Counted from the stretch's first letter, positions 36,868 through 50,654 are shown. The stretch is DNA of 64,000 bases from Octopus sinensis (GCF_006345805.1 NC_043001.1:48484001-48548000); one strand, 5' to 3'. Numbers and translations are program-made. Notes: generated by a model from the sequence alone, not told the origin.

Positions 36868-37078
36868 TAGTGGTGAAAGTTCTTGGCTTTAAGGTAGTCG
36901 TGAAAGGCTTGGTTGGAGGCCGAACCTTTCCAGTTCTTTTACAGGGCTTTAAAAAAACATAAGGACCACTGTCATAAGTGTGTGAATCTGAGAGGGGAAT
37001 ACGTTGAATAAAATCATAATTACCTGATCCTCTTGTATTTATTTCACCTAAAGCCAGGAACTTTCAGCACCCCTTGTA
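36868..37078 (+). mobile_element. Mariner-derived MITE (internal deletion derivative)
   Basis: TIRs GGTGAAAGTTCTTGGCTTTAAGGT / ACCTAAAGCCAGGAACTTTCAGCACCCC; encodes mariner C-terminus HKCVNLRGEYVE*. Confidence 0.8.
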
Positions 37079-37110
<32 letters not shown>

Positions 37111-37220
37111 AATATATATATATATATGTATAGATAGACACATTCAAAATGTGACCGCGTGTGTACCGTTGGCGATTTTTTTCCTCTGTCTTCCCTTCTC
37201 TGGATCTTTCCTTCTCCTAT

Positions 37221-37255
37221 GTTTCCGACGAAGAGCTCCGCTCGGAACGTTAAAC
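37221..37255 (+). ncRNA. Degenerate minimal type I hammerhead in a pLTR-like repeat (~37150-37310)
   Basis: GTTT-CCGACGA-A-GAGC(TCC)GCTC-GGAA-CGT-T-AAAC; all three stems intact, two core substitutions. Confidence 0.65.
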
Positions 37256-37539
37256 CCTTCTTCTTTCCTTCTTTCCTGAGTGTCCAACAATACTATATTT
37301 GTTCCACGTCCTGGAACTTTTCGACTACATTACATTCCGATGTAATTGTTATCTACACCATCTGAAAGTATTTGTAGACAACTTCCATAAAAAATACCCA
37401 ATTTTCTGAAAATTAAATGGAAAGAAAGCCGATTTGTGCAAATTTTCTGAAACGTTTCCCCTTCCTCGGAAAAATATTTGACAACGATTTCCAAAATAAT
37501 CGGAATCTACAAAATCTGGAGCGTATTAAGAATAATAAT

Positions 37540-37985
37540 AATCCTTTCTACTATAGGCACAAGGCCTTAAATTTTGGGGAAGGGGTACAGTCGATTACAT
37601 CGACTCCAGTGCTCAACTGGTACTTATTTCATCGACCCCGAAAGGATGAAAGGCAGAGTCGACTTGGCAGAATATGAACTTAGAATGTAAAGACGAACGA
37701 AATGCCACTAAGCATTTTGTCCGGCGTGCTAACGATTCTGCCGGCTCGCTGCCTTAATAATAATAATAATCCTTTCTAGAAAGGCACAAGGCCTGAAACT
37801 TGGGGGGGAGGAAGGGGTACAGTCGATTACATCAATCGTTGTGCTTAACTGATACTTAATTTATCGTTCCCGAAAGGATAAAAGGCAAAGTCGACAACGG
37901 TGACAATTGAACTCAGAACGTAAAGACTGACGAAATGCTGCGAAGCATTTCGCCCGGCGTGCAAGCAATTCTGCCAGCTCGACGA
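37540..37985 (-). mobile_element. Two tandem SINE family A copies
   Basis: Joined through a (TTA)n tail at about 37755. Confidence 0.85.
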
Positions 37986-38204
37986 CTAATGAGAAAATAA
38001 AAAAAGAAGCCCGTTAAATCAGTTCTTTTCTGAAGCTTTCCGGTAATTTTTTACTTATATTTTATCCCCTTCTTTTCGTCTTTTTTTTACTTCTGACTTT
38101 TTCTGTTGTTGATATTGAGATTCCAATGAAGGAGTCTTGGATCTAGGTTAGAAACCGGTTCTTTTTCTATTAGCAAGAAATCTTAAAATAAACTGAATAA
38201 TGAT

Positions 38205-38445
38205 ATACATACATACATACATACATGCATACATACATACATACATGCATACATACATGCATACATAGATACATACATACATACATACATACATACATAC
38301 ATACATACATACATACATACATACATACATACACACACACATACATACATACATACATACATACATACATACACACACACATACATACATACATACATAC
38401 ATACATACATACATACATACATACATACATACATACATACATACT
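38205..38445. repeat. (CATA)n microsatellite
   Basis: Direct sequence. Confidence 0.95.
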
Positions 38446-38669
38446 ATGGCATATAATTTAATGGTAATGAAAGATTTTTTTTTTGTAATTTTTCTTTGAA
38501 AAGGAAGAAAACAACGACTTGGCCATAATTATTCGTAGCTACGAAAATAAAGGGGAGATAATTTCAATAAATTAGGCAGTAATTTATCAAGTTATTTTAC
38601 CTCCTTATGAAAAGGGCAATCTAATCAGTTTTGCATGCAAGGGAGAAATATGGAGACATGTTTCGATCC

Positions 38670-38890
38670 CATCTCACAAATGTCTCAATATAGCAGCGTA
38701 CTTTAAGACGGTGAGTATGCCAAGCAAAATGCTTAGCGGCATTTCGTTCGACTTTGCATTCTGAGTTCAAATCCAGCTGAAATCGACCTTGCCTTTTATC
38801 CATTGGGGGGGGGGGGATAATATAGGCACTAGTTAAACAGTAATCTATTTATAGCCTTCCCCGAACTTGCTGACTTTGTTAAAAAATTTG
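38670..38890 (-). mobile_element. SINE family A (diverged)
   Basis: Reverse match. Confidence 0.7.
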
Positions 38891-38994
38891 AAATAAATAT
38901 TACAGCGTACTTGAGTACTTCAGTCAATGGGTGTGCTTCGTAATGCTTAGGTATGTTTCTTAACCGCGAGTAATTTGCATATTAAATATTTATT

Positions 38995-39228
38995 TCTTTA
39001 CTACCCACAAGGGGCTAAACAGAGAGAGGACAAACAAGGACAGACAAACGGATTAAGTCGATTATGTCGACCCCAGAGCGTAACTGGTACTTATTTAATC
39101 GACCCCGAAAGGATGAAAGGCAAAGTCGACTTCGGCGGAATTTGAACTCGGAACGTAACGGTAGACGAAATACGGCTACGCATTTCGCCCGGCGTGCTAA
39201 CGTTACTGCCAGCTCACCGCCTTTAATA
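38995..39228 (-). mobile_element. SINE family A (young)
   Basis: Close reverse match to 20101-20335. Confidence 0.9.
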
Positions 39229-39239
39229 TTAAATATTAA

Positions 39240-39655
39240 ACGGCGCGGGCATGGCTGTGTGGTAAAATGCTTGCTTCTCAACCACATGGTTGCGGGTTCA
39301 GTCATACTGCGTAGCACCTTGGGCAAGCGTCTTCTACTATAGCCTCGATCCGACCAAAGTACTGTGAGTGGATTTGGTAGGCGGAAACTGAAAGAAGCCT
39401 GTCGCATATATATGTGTATGTGTGTGTGTGTGTGTGTATATATCTATGTGTGTATGTGTGTCTTTGTACCTCCATTTGTCCCCCACAACTGTTTGTTATC
39501 CGGTGATGGTGTGCTTACATCCTCGTAAGCTAGCGGTTCGGTAATAGTTACCAATGGAATAGGTACTAGACTTTAAAAATTATGTACTGGGGACGATTTG
39601 TTCAAGGCGGTGCCCCAGCATGGCTGCAATCAAGTGACTGAAACAAGTAAAAGAT
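39240..39655 (+). mobile_element. SINE family B
   Basis: Match to family. Confidence 0.85.
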
Positions 39656-40090
39656 AAAAGATACCATAAAGAGGTCAAGGATATCAAATTTATTAATTAG
39701 GTTAATTAATAACAGATGCCGTTCGAATAAATTATTGATTATAAAAATTTTTTTTCTCTCAGATGGAGGAAAATGCGACATATCTAAGAGCAATCTTTGG
39801 CAGTTCTTTTAATTTTAACTAATTAACTTGTTTTGTCATTGGACTGCAGTCATTATGGGACATCACGTTGACGACTTCATGTGATCAAATTGACCCTAGT
39901 ACTTATTTCAGACTGTTACACATTCAAGCAGTTGCTTTTTTTGTTTACCAAATCACTAAGTTATATATACATACTTACGTAGTACATACATACATACATG
40001 CATACAAACATACACTGAGTGCACTTTCGTTTGTTCACTCTCTCATGTATGCATACATACATATACATATACATACACATACACATATAC

Positions 40091-40142
<52 letters not shown>

Positions 40143-40211
40143 TAATATATATATATAAATTTATATATGAGGATAATATCGATATTTAAGTGTCGAAATT
40201 ATCAAGTTTCG

Positions 40212-40266
<55 letters not shown>

Positions 40267-40616
40267 TGCATGTATGTATGTGTGCATGTATGTATGCGTG
40301 CATGTATGTAGGTATAAATATATACACACATACACATTTATATATAAGATTCAGTTGAATTAGGTGCTTAAATTGAGGTACCTCGTTAGATCCGAATAAT
40401 ATACACACACAACAATATTATGTAAATATCAGCTTTGGCACAGAAGTACCGGTAGAATGATATTCCTGTAGTGCATGCAGACAATTTGACCCAGCTGAGT
40501 ATATAATCCGCTCTTGAAGTATTCAGACATGTACATTTTATTAAATATACAGTCCAAAATATACCTCAGAATTTGCGAAGGGCATGTTCTGAGATAGGTG
40601 AATGAAATATAAACAA

Positions 40617-40828
40617 GTAACAATTGAAGGACAGGTGTCAATTCATTACGGTCGTTTCTAACGATTCCTTTAATTGATTTGAGTACTTTATATTATTACA
40701 AAGAGATCGTTTTCTTCATGTATGCATTTAAAGAAAACGGTTTCTTTATAGTGATATAATATACTCAATAAACAATTAAATGAGTCGTTAAAACGACTGT
40801 AATGAATTGATACCTGTCCTTCAATTGC

Positions 40829-40831
<3 letters not shown>
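40617..40831. mobile_element. ~215-bp MITE-like foldback
   Basis: Arms CAATTGAAGGACAGGTGTCAATTCATTACGGTCG.. and ..CGACTGTAATGAATTGATACCTGTCCTTCAATTG, ~97 bp each, TA near both ends. Confidence 0.8.
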
Positions 40832-40904
<73 letters not shown>

Positions 40905-41090
40905 TGCATGTATGTATGTATGTATGTATGTATGTATATATATATGCATGTATGTATGTATGTAGTATGTATGTATGTATATATATATATATATATATTA
41001 TATATAATGCATATATAATATTTGCCTTCGTATTTCGTGTTGTTTACTGTGGTGACGTCCTGTACCCATATACATATGCATGTATGTATG

Positions 41091-41143
<53 letters not shown>

Positions 41144-41184
41144 ATTATTGGATTGAACGCCACGCATCCATTTCCAAGTAAGTT

Positions 41185-41227
<43 letters not shown>

Positions 41228-41257
41228 ATATATATATATATATATGTGTGTGTATGC

Positions 41258-41292
<35 letters not shown>

Positions 41293-41801
41293 TGTATGTA
41301 TGTATGTATGTATGTATGTATGTATGTTTGTATGTATATTTATGAAGCATAATGTTTTCTTTCCGAAATATATTTTTATGACAATAGATATAAATTAAGA
41401 TTCCAGTAAGAAAACAAAAAATTAAAATAAGAGAACAAAAACACGATTGAAAAGATGCATACGCTAAACGTAAACGTTACCATAATGGTATTAAACGTGT
41501 ATTGTAACAGATTTTACGAGATGTTTTTGTTATTCATTTTCATAAATATGTTGTTTATTTACTTGTTTATATATTCATGTATTTATTTTGTAAAAAGATT
41601 TTCGCTTTACAAAAACAGTTTATGTGATCGTTTAAGAAAAAAAAGACATTCTATATGAACGTTTTTACAAAAATTGTAAAAATCTTGCTGAAAAGCACAT
41701 TCAATGACATTAAATAACGTTTACGTTCACGAATAAAATTTTTGTCATAATTTCAATACCTTTTAGCACGCGAACACGAGCGCGCGCACACATACACCTG
41801 T

Positions 41802-42170
<369 letters not shown>

Positions 42171-42348
42171 TACTGAAATACACATTAGCATAAACTGAGA
42201 TACTCAATCTAATTGACAAATGATACCAGACCAGCGCTGATATCTTGATGTCTAGGTTGTTAGTAGTGGACCTCAGATTGCATAATTAGCATGATTTATT
42301 CTCTACACACGTTACGAAGCATCGGTTTCTCCGTCTGATTTTACCAAC

Positions 42349-42387
<39 letters not shown>

Positions 42388-42388
<1 letters not shown>

Positions 42389-43630
42389 CTTAGATATGTT
42401 TCAACCAAAGATTGGTCTTAAGCTACGTCTAACTTAATAGCACCACCTGAGAGGATTTGGTAAATCCTTTTTAAGTCAAGTTTTGTGGTATCGTGGCCAA
42501 TTTCAGTAATGAGTTCTTGTTGAGTGAGTTGTATCCAGGTATAGGTGGCTTCTCTGATATTCCTTTAAAGACATTGTCCAGAATCCGTTTAAAGGTGATA
42601 GGATACTAGGATACATTTCCTCTTTGATCTGTTGTGGGACAATGTTAATAGGACAAGAACTATTGAGGAAAAGTAATTGTGTTGCAATTTTTTTTATGTG
42701 TTGTGATCCTGAATTGGGTAGGTGACGTATGGCCCGTGGTTCTAGACTTGGATCAATTCTGAAACTAATGTTGAGGTCGTTTGGGCAATGCTGGTGGTAT
42801 TTTCTCCACATCGTGCAAATGATGTATCGCTCACGGAGGCGCTGGAAAGAATAGAGTTTCAATGCTTTAAGGCGGTCCCAATAAACGAGATCAGTCATGG
42901 TCTTAATTCTTTTAGTAAATTCTTTTAGTAAAAGTGATTCAATTTTCGAAATGTTTTGTTTTGTATGGGGAGACTGCAGGGGACAGCAATATTCAAGGTG
43001 TAACCGAACAAAGGAGGAGAAAATAAGAATTATGACACCTTGCTCTCTGGACCGGAATGTTCTTAGGATCCAGGAACTCATCCTACGAGCTATATCGATC
43101 TTGTTGTTGATGCGGGCACTCCAACTGAGATTGTTGTCAACAATTACTCCTAGGTCTCTGATATTATTAGATGTTGTGAGTGGTTCCCCTGAAGGAAGAG
43201 AATATGCTTCTTTTAACATAATCTTTCTTCCAAAATACATCAGTTCAAATTTTCCCTCGTTTAGCTGCATTTTGTTTTTGTCCATTGACTTACAGAATGT
43301 AGATCAAAATAGAGTTCAGTTCGGTCTTCTCCGTTGATAATTTTCTGGAGTCATCGACGAATATTTTCACCTTGCTGTGTTTTATGACGTTTAAAATATC
43401 CCTTGTATAGACTATAAACAGAAGCGGGCCCAAGACAGCCCCATGAAGGAGAACAGTGGTGACTTTTGCTGGGCTAGAGTGGATTCCACCGATCACAGCA
43501 TGCTGTGTTGTTCTCCGGGAAATACTCAATCCAATGTAGTAGCTTTCCCCGGATTCTAACATTTGACAGTTTTGACTAGGATATTGTGATCGACTATGTC
43601 AAACGCTTTACTGAAGTCAAGATATATGAC
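42388..43630 (-). mobile_element. CR1-type LINE, 3' RT part and 3' UTR
   Basis: YLDFSKAFD, GAVLGPLLF, FVDD, RDLGVIVD..LSW, LEYC, ERYII; frameshifted. Confidence 0.92.
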
Positions 43631-44779
43631 ATATAAATATGTCTTATATATGACAAGATATATGCATATATAAATACGTTTATATATACATGTGTATGTG
43701 CTTGTGTGTGTATACATGTGGGTGTGGGTGTATGTATATTTCTATGTCTACATACATTTGCATATATTTATTTGTGTTAAGTGCGCGTGTGTGTTTGTAT
43801 ATATGTGTCTGAGTGAGTATGTGTATGTGTTCGTGCGCGCGCGTGTGATATTATTATATACATCTCTTGTATTTACATTATATTATAACACAGAGAAAGT
43901 ATGGGGAGAGAGGAAGAGAGGTGGAATTGGTTGAGTACTGAACTGGTACATTATTTACCGAGGCCGAAATGATGAAAGGCAAAGTTGATTCGGGTGGGAT
44001 TTGAACTCAGGGCGACCATATTAAAAATCGAAGCCACTTTTGTACAGGTGGGGTAGACCAGGTGTGAATACTTGTAATGTCGATCTCAGCGGAATTTGAA
44101 TTCAGAACGTAGAAAAACGAAATAGTGCAAGACATTTACATTGGTGTTCTTGTAGATCTATCATTCCACCACTTCACTTAGACATAATATTAATGGTTTT
44201 TAACTTGGAGGAACAGGTAAACAGCGTGAAATGAAGTGAATTTAATTAACGCCAGGTCATTATGAATTATTACTCATCTGATTTTATCCCGGAACTCAGA
44301 CCATAATCTGAAGTAATTGAATGTTATAACGTATTTGAATTTGTAGTCTTAACGGGTTTCCTGTTATGGGACATAATAAATATACAATTGTTTATCATGT
44401 TATAAATAAATATATGGATATTTATTACGAAGACCATCTCTTAAACACATGCTACAATCATTTACCACTATCGTTTTCTCCTTCATCACCAGTACATCTA
44501 AAAATGATTGTTAAATTATCATTGGAGTAGATACATTCATTCAATAATTACAACAATGCTTCCAATTGGTCCTTCAGATGAGAATAAATTGATGCTGATT
44601 TATCAAAAGGAATTTATTGTGTCAGGATATTTACCTGAACTAGCAACGATGGTGCTGTTTGTTTTCCACTGTCTGCTTTAGTTTTACCTGATCTATTGTA
44701 CTGGTTAAGAGATTTTTGCCAACTTCTTAGCGGAATTTTTGTAGTTCTGTCCTCAATGTTTTGTAATAATTTGCATGGT

Positions 44780-45960
44780 AATTTCTAGCCCTTTGTAGTC
44801 CTTATTAAGAAAGCATGTAGTCCTTAGTATAACATTTTATAGCTCTTGGCATGCCATTTTATAGTCATCTTCCTTATATTTGTGGTATGGTGATTTGTAG
44901 TCTTTTAGCATCGGTATTACGATTTTATACTTTGTATCTCGGGACGATTCATTATGCCAATAAAGACACTGGTTCTATTTCACTCCATTATTTTATTTAA
45001 CTGGTAAACCATTTAATCAATTAACTAATTGATTGTTTTATTAATCATTCGGTCAACCAATCAGCTATGTTTGTTAAAATCCTCTCGTCGCTATTTGCGA
45101 CCTCTTCAATGACATGCCCTTTCTACTCCAGGTTTGCTTCAAGTCTTTTATAGTGTTTTGTATAAAATTTTGTAATCTTTAGCATGGCATATCGAAGTCC
45201 TTTACTATGATATCTTGCTTTTGCTATGATATATCATAGTACTCAGTATGACATTTTGCAGTCATCAACATGATATTTTTGAAGTCTTTTTACGATGATA
45301 ATTTGTACTCCTCAGCGCATTTTATAGTTCTACTTCAATATATTTTTACAGTGCTTAGCATGACGTTTTATAATTTTTAGCTTTGCACTTTATAGTTCTT
45401 AGTATGCAATAAATAGTTCTTAACATGAGGTTGTCATTCATAGCATGAGCTTTTATCAATTTTAGCATGAAGTACGCGGGTATTTCGAAAACACCTAACG
45501 GAGTGACGACCGTACATTGCATAGTTACGGATTGCCCTTTGGCAAGGTATAGCATCCGTTCAGTTATCCTACCAAGGATATGACAAGTCATGTAACTGTA
45601 CCAACAGAGTTTCTTACATTGATTCTGAGTGGGAGAACCCTAGAAGATCTACGGTCAGGATCAAGAGAGTATCTGCAACGCATCCATAGGGGCTGCATCC
45701 ATGGTTATGTAATCAACTAATGAAAGATATACTATGAATCGAGCTCCCAGTTCAAATTCATAATAATTGGAATGGATGGAAACAGAGAATCATGGGAATC
45801 CACAAAGAGGAAACATGAAGTATTATAGCTTTTAGCTTATTTCGTAGCATATATCATGACACTTGGTAATCTAAAGCTTGACATTTTGAAATCTTTAGAA
45901 TGACATTTTGTATGTCTTGGCATGGCATTTTGTACTTTTAACATGACGTTTTATGGTCAT
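44780..45960. repeat. Degenerate ~21-bp minisatellite (ATGACATTTTGTAGTCTTTAGC-like), interrupted at about 45430-45830
   Basis: Recurring GCATG..ATTTT.TAGTC..TTAG units. Confidence 0.6.
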
Positions 45961-46991
45961 TTTCTTATTATTCCCATATTTTTAGGTTATGAGAAACAGA
46001 AATCCCACCGGTGTTCGATTTGCTTTTTATTGTTCCGTGATCGATAAAATAATTACTAACAATATTATACTATGATCGAATTTATCGACTCAACTCCTTC
46101 TAGAAATTGTGTTCCTGTGCCAAAGTTTCAGATATTTATTAGTTCATTCAATTATTTTGGTCGCTGTAACTGGGATGTAATACTAGATCTAGCATAGAGC
46201 GGGGGTGAAAACTTGGCATATAGACTGTTGTTAGACAGTGTGGTCAGAGACATCAGTGGAACGTGGATCGTATACACCCAATCACAACATTCTAAATCAG
46301 AACAACAAATTCAATAGACAACAAGGAACTTGATTTTTCATTTTGCGGAATGCGTCCAAGTCCATGATTACGGACAATGTCCTAGCAATAAAAAAAATAA
46401 TAATTCTGTGGCAATACAAGCTAAAGAGAGTTCCATTTTAAATAGAACCAAGGAGAAACTGTTTAAGCATAGCAGGTCGGGCGTTCGGACGTTCGGATGT
46501 TCAATGTACAGGAGAAAAATGACGGTTTTTAGATAAAGACTCACACATGCAGGCTTGCCCTGTTTATCTTTTTTGCCGTATTGAAAGATCATAATCAAAT
46601 AATATGTGGGACGGATCAAGTTATCGACCTAGTCTGTCTTCAAGAACGTCTTGCCGGCTCGCTGCCTCCATTTGGTAAAGAATGGACAGCCAGCTTTTTA
46701 CTTTTCATGTTGGTGCTACAGTTTCTCATATCAACTCTTGATCAAGCTAATTTATAATCCATCCGGAGCTATATTATAGAATGTATCCTTTCATTTCAAG
46801 ACAACGGTGTATAAATTGGTGGAGATTAGGCTCGTATTTCTACCAGGTCGAGTAACCATATTGAACAAATACATGGAACGTCTCTTCTCCATCTGAAATT
46901 TCGTCTTCATTCTAGTTTGAAATCGTCAACTGATAATGTTCTTTGAAACTTCATATCATGTTAAGAAAAAATAAAGATTTTTATGATGTGC

Positions 46992-47062
46992 GCATCGATG
47001 GTTCAGTGGTAAAATGCTCACCTTCCACGCGGGTAGCTTGGGTTTGATTCCCAGCCAATGCG
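46992..47062 (+). pseudogene. tRNA-Gly pseudogene (GCC-type body, TCC at the anticodon)
   Basis: GCATCGATGGTTCAGTGGTAAAATGCTCACCTTCCACGCGGG..GGTTTGATTCCCAGCCAATGCG; mismatches in acceptor and anticodon stems, TTC->TTT in T-loop; T-run downstream. Confidence 0.8.
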
Positions 47063-47442
47063 CCTTTAATTTTTAAAGTAATTCTTTTTTAACTTTTTTT
47101 TAATGGCGGTGCTCGAGCCTTAGGGCTCAAAGATATAAAAGAATAAAAGAATGCTTTAATATCAAAGCACTTAGTAGAGCACGAGTCAGAAGGAATAAAT
47201 GAATGAATAAATAAAAAGACTTTTGTACAGCTACAGCACCGAATTTCCGGACACTGGTAATCTGGAACTTCTTATAATCCGCACTAATTTACGAGCTGGA
47301 ACTTCAAATTCCCGCAGCCCTCAGATAAATTTGTGGTACCTCGCACTGACTATTACTTTGCACAGTAGAGTATTAATAAACTTGAATCATTGATACTAAG
47401 GTATTGTGTATCTGTATCTAATTTTATTACGTAAGTTAATTA

Positions 47443-47630
47443 AGGTGGCGAGCAGGCAGAATCGTTAGCACGCCGGGCAAAATGTTTAGTGGTATTTCGT
47501 CTGTCGTTATGTTCTGAGTTCGAATTCCGCCGAGGTTGACTTTGCCTTTTATCCTTTCGAGGTGAAATAAGTACCAGTCAAGTGCTGGGGTCCCAAATTT
47601 TCAGGCCTTGTACCTATAGTAGAAAGGATT
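47443..47630 (+). mobile_element. SINE family A
   Basis: Match to family. Confidence 0.8.
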
Positions 47631-47799
47631 ATATAAGTAAATTTTGTATTTGTTTAATTTAGGGATGAACACCCCTGGTTCGGAAAAATCAGTAATCCGG
47701 AAAGATTTAAAAACTAAATCGATGTTGTATCTCTATTATAATTATCATGAAATTTAAGTAAAAGTAAAGATTAATTTGGGTTCCTAAGATTAATATTGA

Positions 47800-48060
47800 T
47801 TCCAAATTTTGGCGCAAGGCCAGCAATTTCGGAGGAAGGGGTAAGTCGATTATGTCGACCTCAGTGCGTAACTGGTACTCATTTCATCGGCCCCGAAAGG
47901 ATGAAAGGCAAAGTTGACCTCGGCGGAATTTGAACTGAGAACAGATGAAATACTGCTAAGCATTTTCTCCGGCGTGCTATTCTGCCAGCTCATCGCCTTC
48001 CTTGGCAGAATTTGAACTCAGAACGCAAAGACAGCCGAAATGCCGCCAAGCATATTGTCA
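47800..48060 (-). mobile_element. SINE family A plus extra fragment
   Basis: Reverse match. Confidence 0.8.
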
Positions 48061-48149
48061 AGATTAACTATTAACGGAAGAATAAATACGATTGATTAAT
48101 ACTTTTAAAATTATTGAGATAGAAATCCTAATATAGGAGCAATCTGACC

Positions 48150-48545
48150 GACGCCTTAATAATTGAAATCAATGAGAGCGTGGGAAGTAGAACTTGCATG
48201 TGCCAGTGAATCACTAGGTAACGTGATGATAAACAGGGGGGATTTTCCAGGGATTCTTGCTCTCTCTGTTACTCTTCGTTATTGCACTAATCCTTCTGAC
48301 AAGCATGAGAAAATCCATGCCTGCCTATGAGTCTTTTAAATTGAAGATGAGAACCAATCACGTACTTTATATGGATATAGCCTCAAGCTATATACGAAAA
48401 ACAAGACAGACATAGAGTCTTGGATCCACATAGTGAGAGTATTCAATAAAGATATTGGACTGCAATTTGGGATAAATAAGTTCACAGTAGAAGAAAGGCC
48501 GGAAGGTAAACTCTGATGGTATAAAATTAACACAAGACAATATCA
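48150..48545 (+). mobile_element. R4/Dong-like RT fragment
   Basis: NRGIFQG..LLFVIAL..NHVLYMD..LKLY..DIGLQFGINK. Confidence 0.8.
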
Positions 48546-48564
48546 TGGCAATATCGATGAAATT

Positions 48565-48950
48565 AGGGTTTCAAATTTTAGCACAAGGCCAGAAATTTCG
48601 GGGAAAGGGCTAAGTAGATTAGATCGACGTCAGTGTTTACGTACTTATTTTATTGACCCCGAAAAGATGAAAGGTAAAGTCCACCACAGCGGAATTTGAA
48701 CTCAGGACATAAAGACGAACGAAATACCTATTTCTTTATTACCCACAAGGGGCTAAACATAGAGGGGACAAACAAGGACAGACATAGGTATTAAGTCGAT
48801 TACATTGACCCCAGTGCGTAACTGGTACTTAATTTATCGACCCCGAAAAGATGAAAGGTAAAGTCCACCACAGCGGAATTTGAACTCAGGACATAAAGAC
48901 GAACGAAATACCGTTAGGCATTTTGCCCGGCGTGCATACGATTCTGTCAG
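48565..48950 (-). mobile_element. SINE family A with internal identical 72-bp duplication
   Basis: Blocks 48657-48728 and 48841-48912. Confidence 0.85.
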
Positions 48951-49079
48951 CTTGTCGCGCCAGAGGTCGATGAAATAATACAAGTTAAATACTGGATATC
49001 GATGTAATCGACGAGCCCCCTCAATGCCCGTCCCCCCAGCAAATTTGATGTTTATCATAAAAAAGATATTTTTGACTTT

Positions 49080-49505
49080 AAGGCGGTGAGCTGGTAGAAT
49101 CGCTAACGTGCGGACAAAAGTGGTATTTCCGGCTTTACATTCTGAGTTCAAATGTCGCCGAGATTGACTTTACCTTTCATTCTTTCGGAGTCGATAAAAT
49201 AAAATACCAGCTAAATATTAAGATTGATGCTATACACTAAGACCCCTCCTCTCAAAATTTCTGCCCTTGTGCTTAAATTAGAAACTATTAAGTGCGGCGA
49301 GCTGGTAGAATTGTTAGAGCGTCGGAAAATGCTTTGCATTATCTGTTCCGACTCTTTACATTCTGAGTCCAAATCCTGCCGTGGCTAACTTCGTCTTTAA
49401 TTCATGCGAGGTTAAAAAATAAAATACCAGTCAGGTACTGTAGCCGATGTAACTGACAGGGGCCTCCTTTTCCCAAAATTGTTGGCTTTGTGCCAAAATT
49501 AGAAA
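49080..49505 (+). mobile_element. Two tandem diverged SINE family A copies
   Basis: Heads at about 49080 and 49292. Confidence 0.75.
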
Positions 49506-49825
49506 GCGTTATTTACTAACTTGCTGATTAATGCATTTATAAATGTTATTTAGTGTGATCGTGTGCATGTCTATGAATTTATAGAATTCATAATTCATTA
49601 TTTTTATCTACACAGATGTGTCCTCACGTTCTTAGGCAATTGCAATTTGTCCATGGTTACTAAATAGGCTTATCACCCCTTAATGTAGAGGTTTCTTTAG
49701 TGCAGGGGTTCTTTTGTTTTCCTATTTATCACCAAATCCTGCCTGGTAACTTTATTAAAGCAAATTTACCTCCACTCTGTTTTTTTTCAGTAAACTGAGT
49801 TCGAAATCCAATCATGATAAATTAA

Positions 49826-50215
49826 TGTGGCTGTGTGGTAAGTAGCTTGCTTACCAACCACATGGTTCCGGGTTCAGTCTCACTGCGTAGCACCTTGGGC
49901 AAGTGTCTTCTACTATAGCCGCGGGCCGACCTTGTGAGTGGATTTGGTAGATGGAAACTGAAAGAAGCCCGTCGTATATATGTGTATATATATGTGTGTG
50001 TGTGTGTGTGTTTATGTATCTGTGTTTGTCTCCCCAACATCGCTTGACAGCCGATGCTGGTGTGTTTACGTCCCCGTAACTTAGCGGTTAGGCAAAAGAA
50101 ACCGATAGAATAAGTATTAGGCTTACAAAGAATAAATCCTGGGGTCGATTTGCTCGACTAATGGCGGTGCTCCAGCATGGCCACAGTCAAATGACTGAAA
50201 CAAGTAAAAGAGTAA
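49826..50215 (+). mobile_element. SINE family B
   Basis: Match to family. Confidence 0.85.
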
Positions 50216-50259
50216 ATTTAAAATACTCATTAAGTTCATATAACAATTCTTTGTAATTC

Positions 50260-50450
50260 TGACAGAAGGCCAGCAATTTTGAGGAGAGAGGAAAGTCGAT
50301 TACATTTACCACAGTTTTCTACTGGTTGTTAATTTATCGATGCAGAAAGGACGAAAGAGAAAATCGACCACAGTGGCAGTTGGTCTCAGAACGTGAATGT
50401 CTCTAAGCATTTTGTTCGGTGTGCTAACGTTTCTGCCAGCTCTCCGCCTT
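50260..50450 (-). mobile_element. SINE family A (diverged)
   Basis: Reverse match. Confidence 0.7.
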
Positions 50451-50654
50451 AACTTCATATAACAATATTAATAAAAATAGCAGATAAAAATGCTCTTTCA
50501 CGTATTTATGAACTAATGATGGTGAACAGATAGCAGAGCCAAACACAGACTTCTGAATTAGATTATTCCATTAGCAACACAGTAACTAAGAAATATATAA
50601 CACAGATCTTTGAATAAAAGTAATAGAAAAAATTTCCTCAGTCTTTTTCAGTCA

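Noticed and set aside
45355-45600. RTE C-terminal fragment (CHILGR)
   Set aside because: Single weak motif; unsupported
46330-46619. Possible exon ORFs on both strands
   Set aside because: No recognisable domain or convincing splice signals
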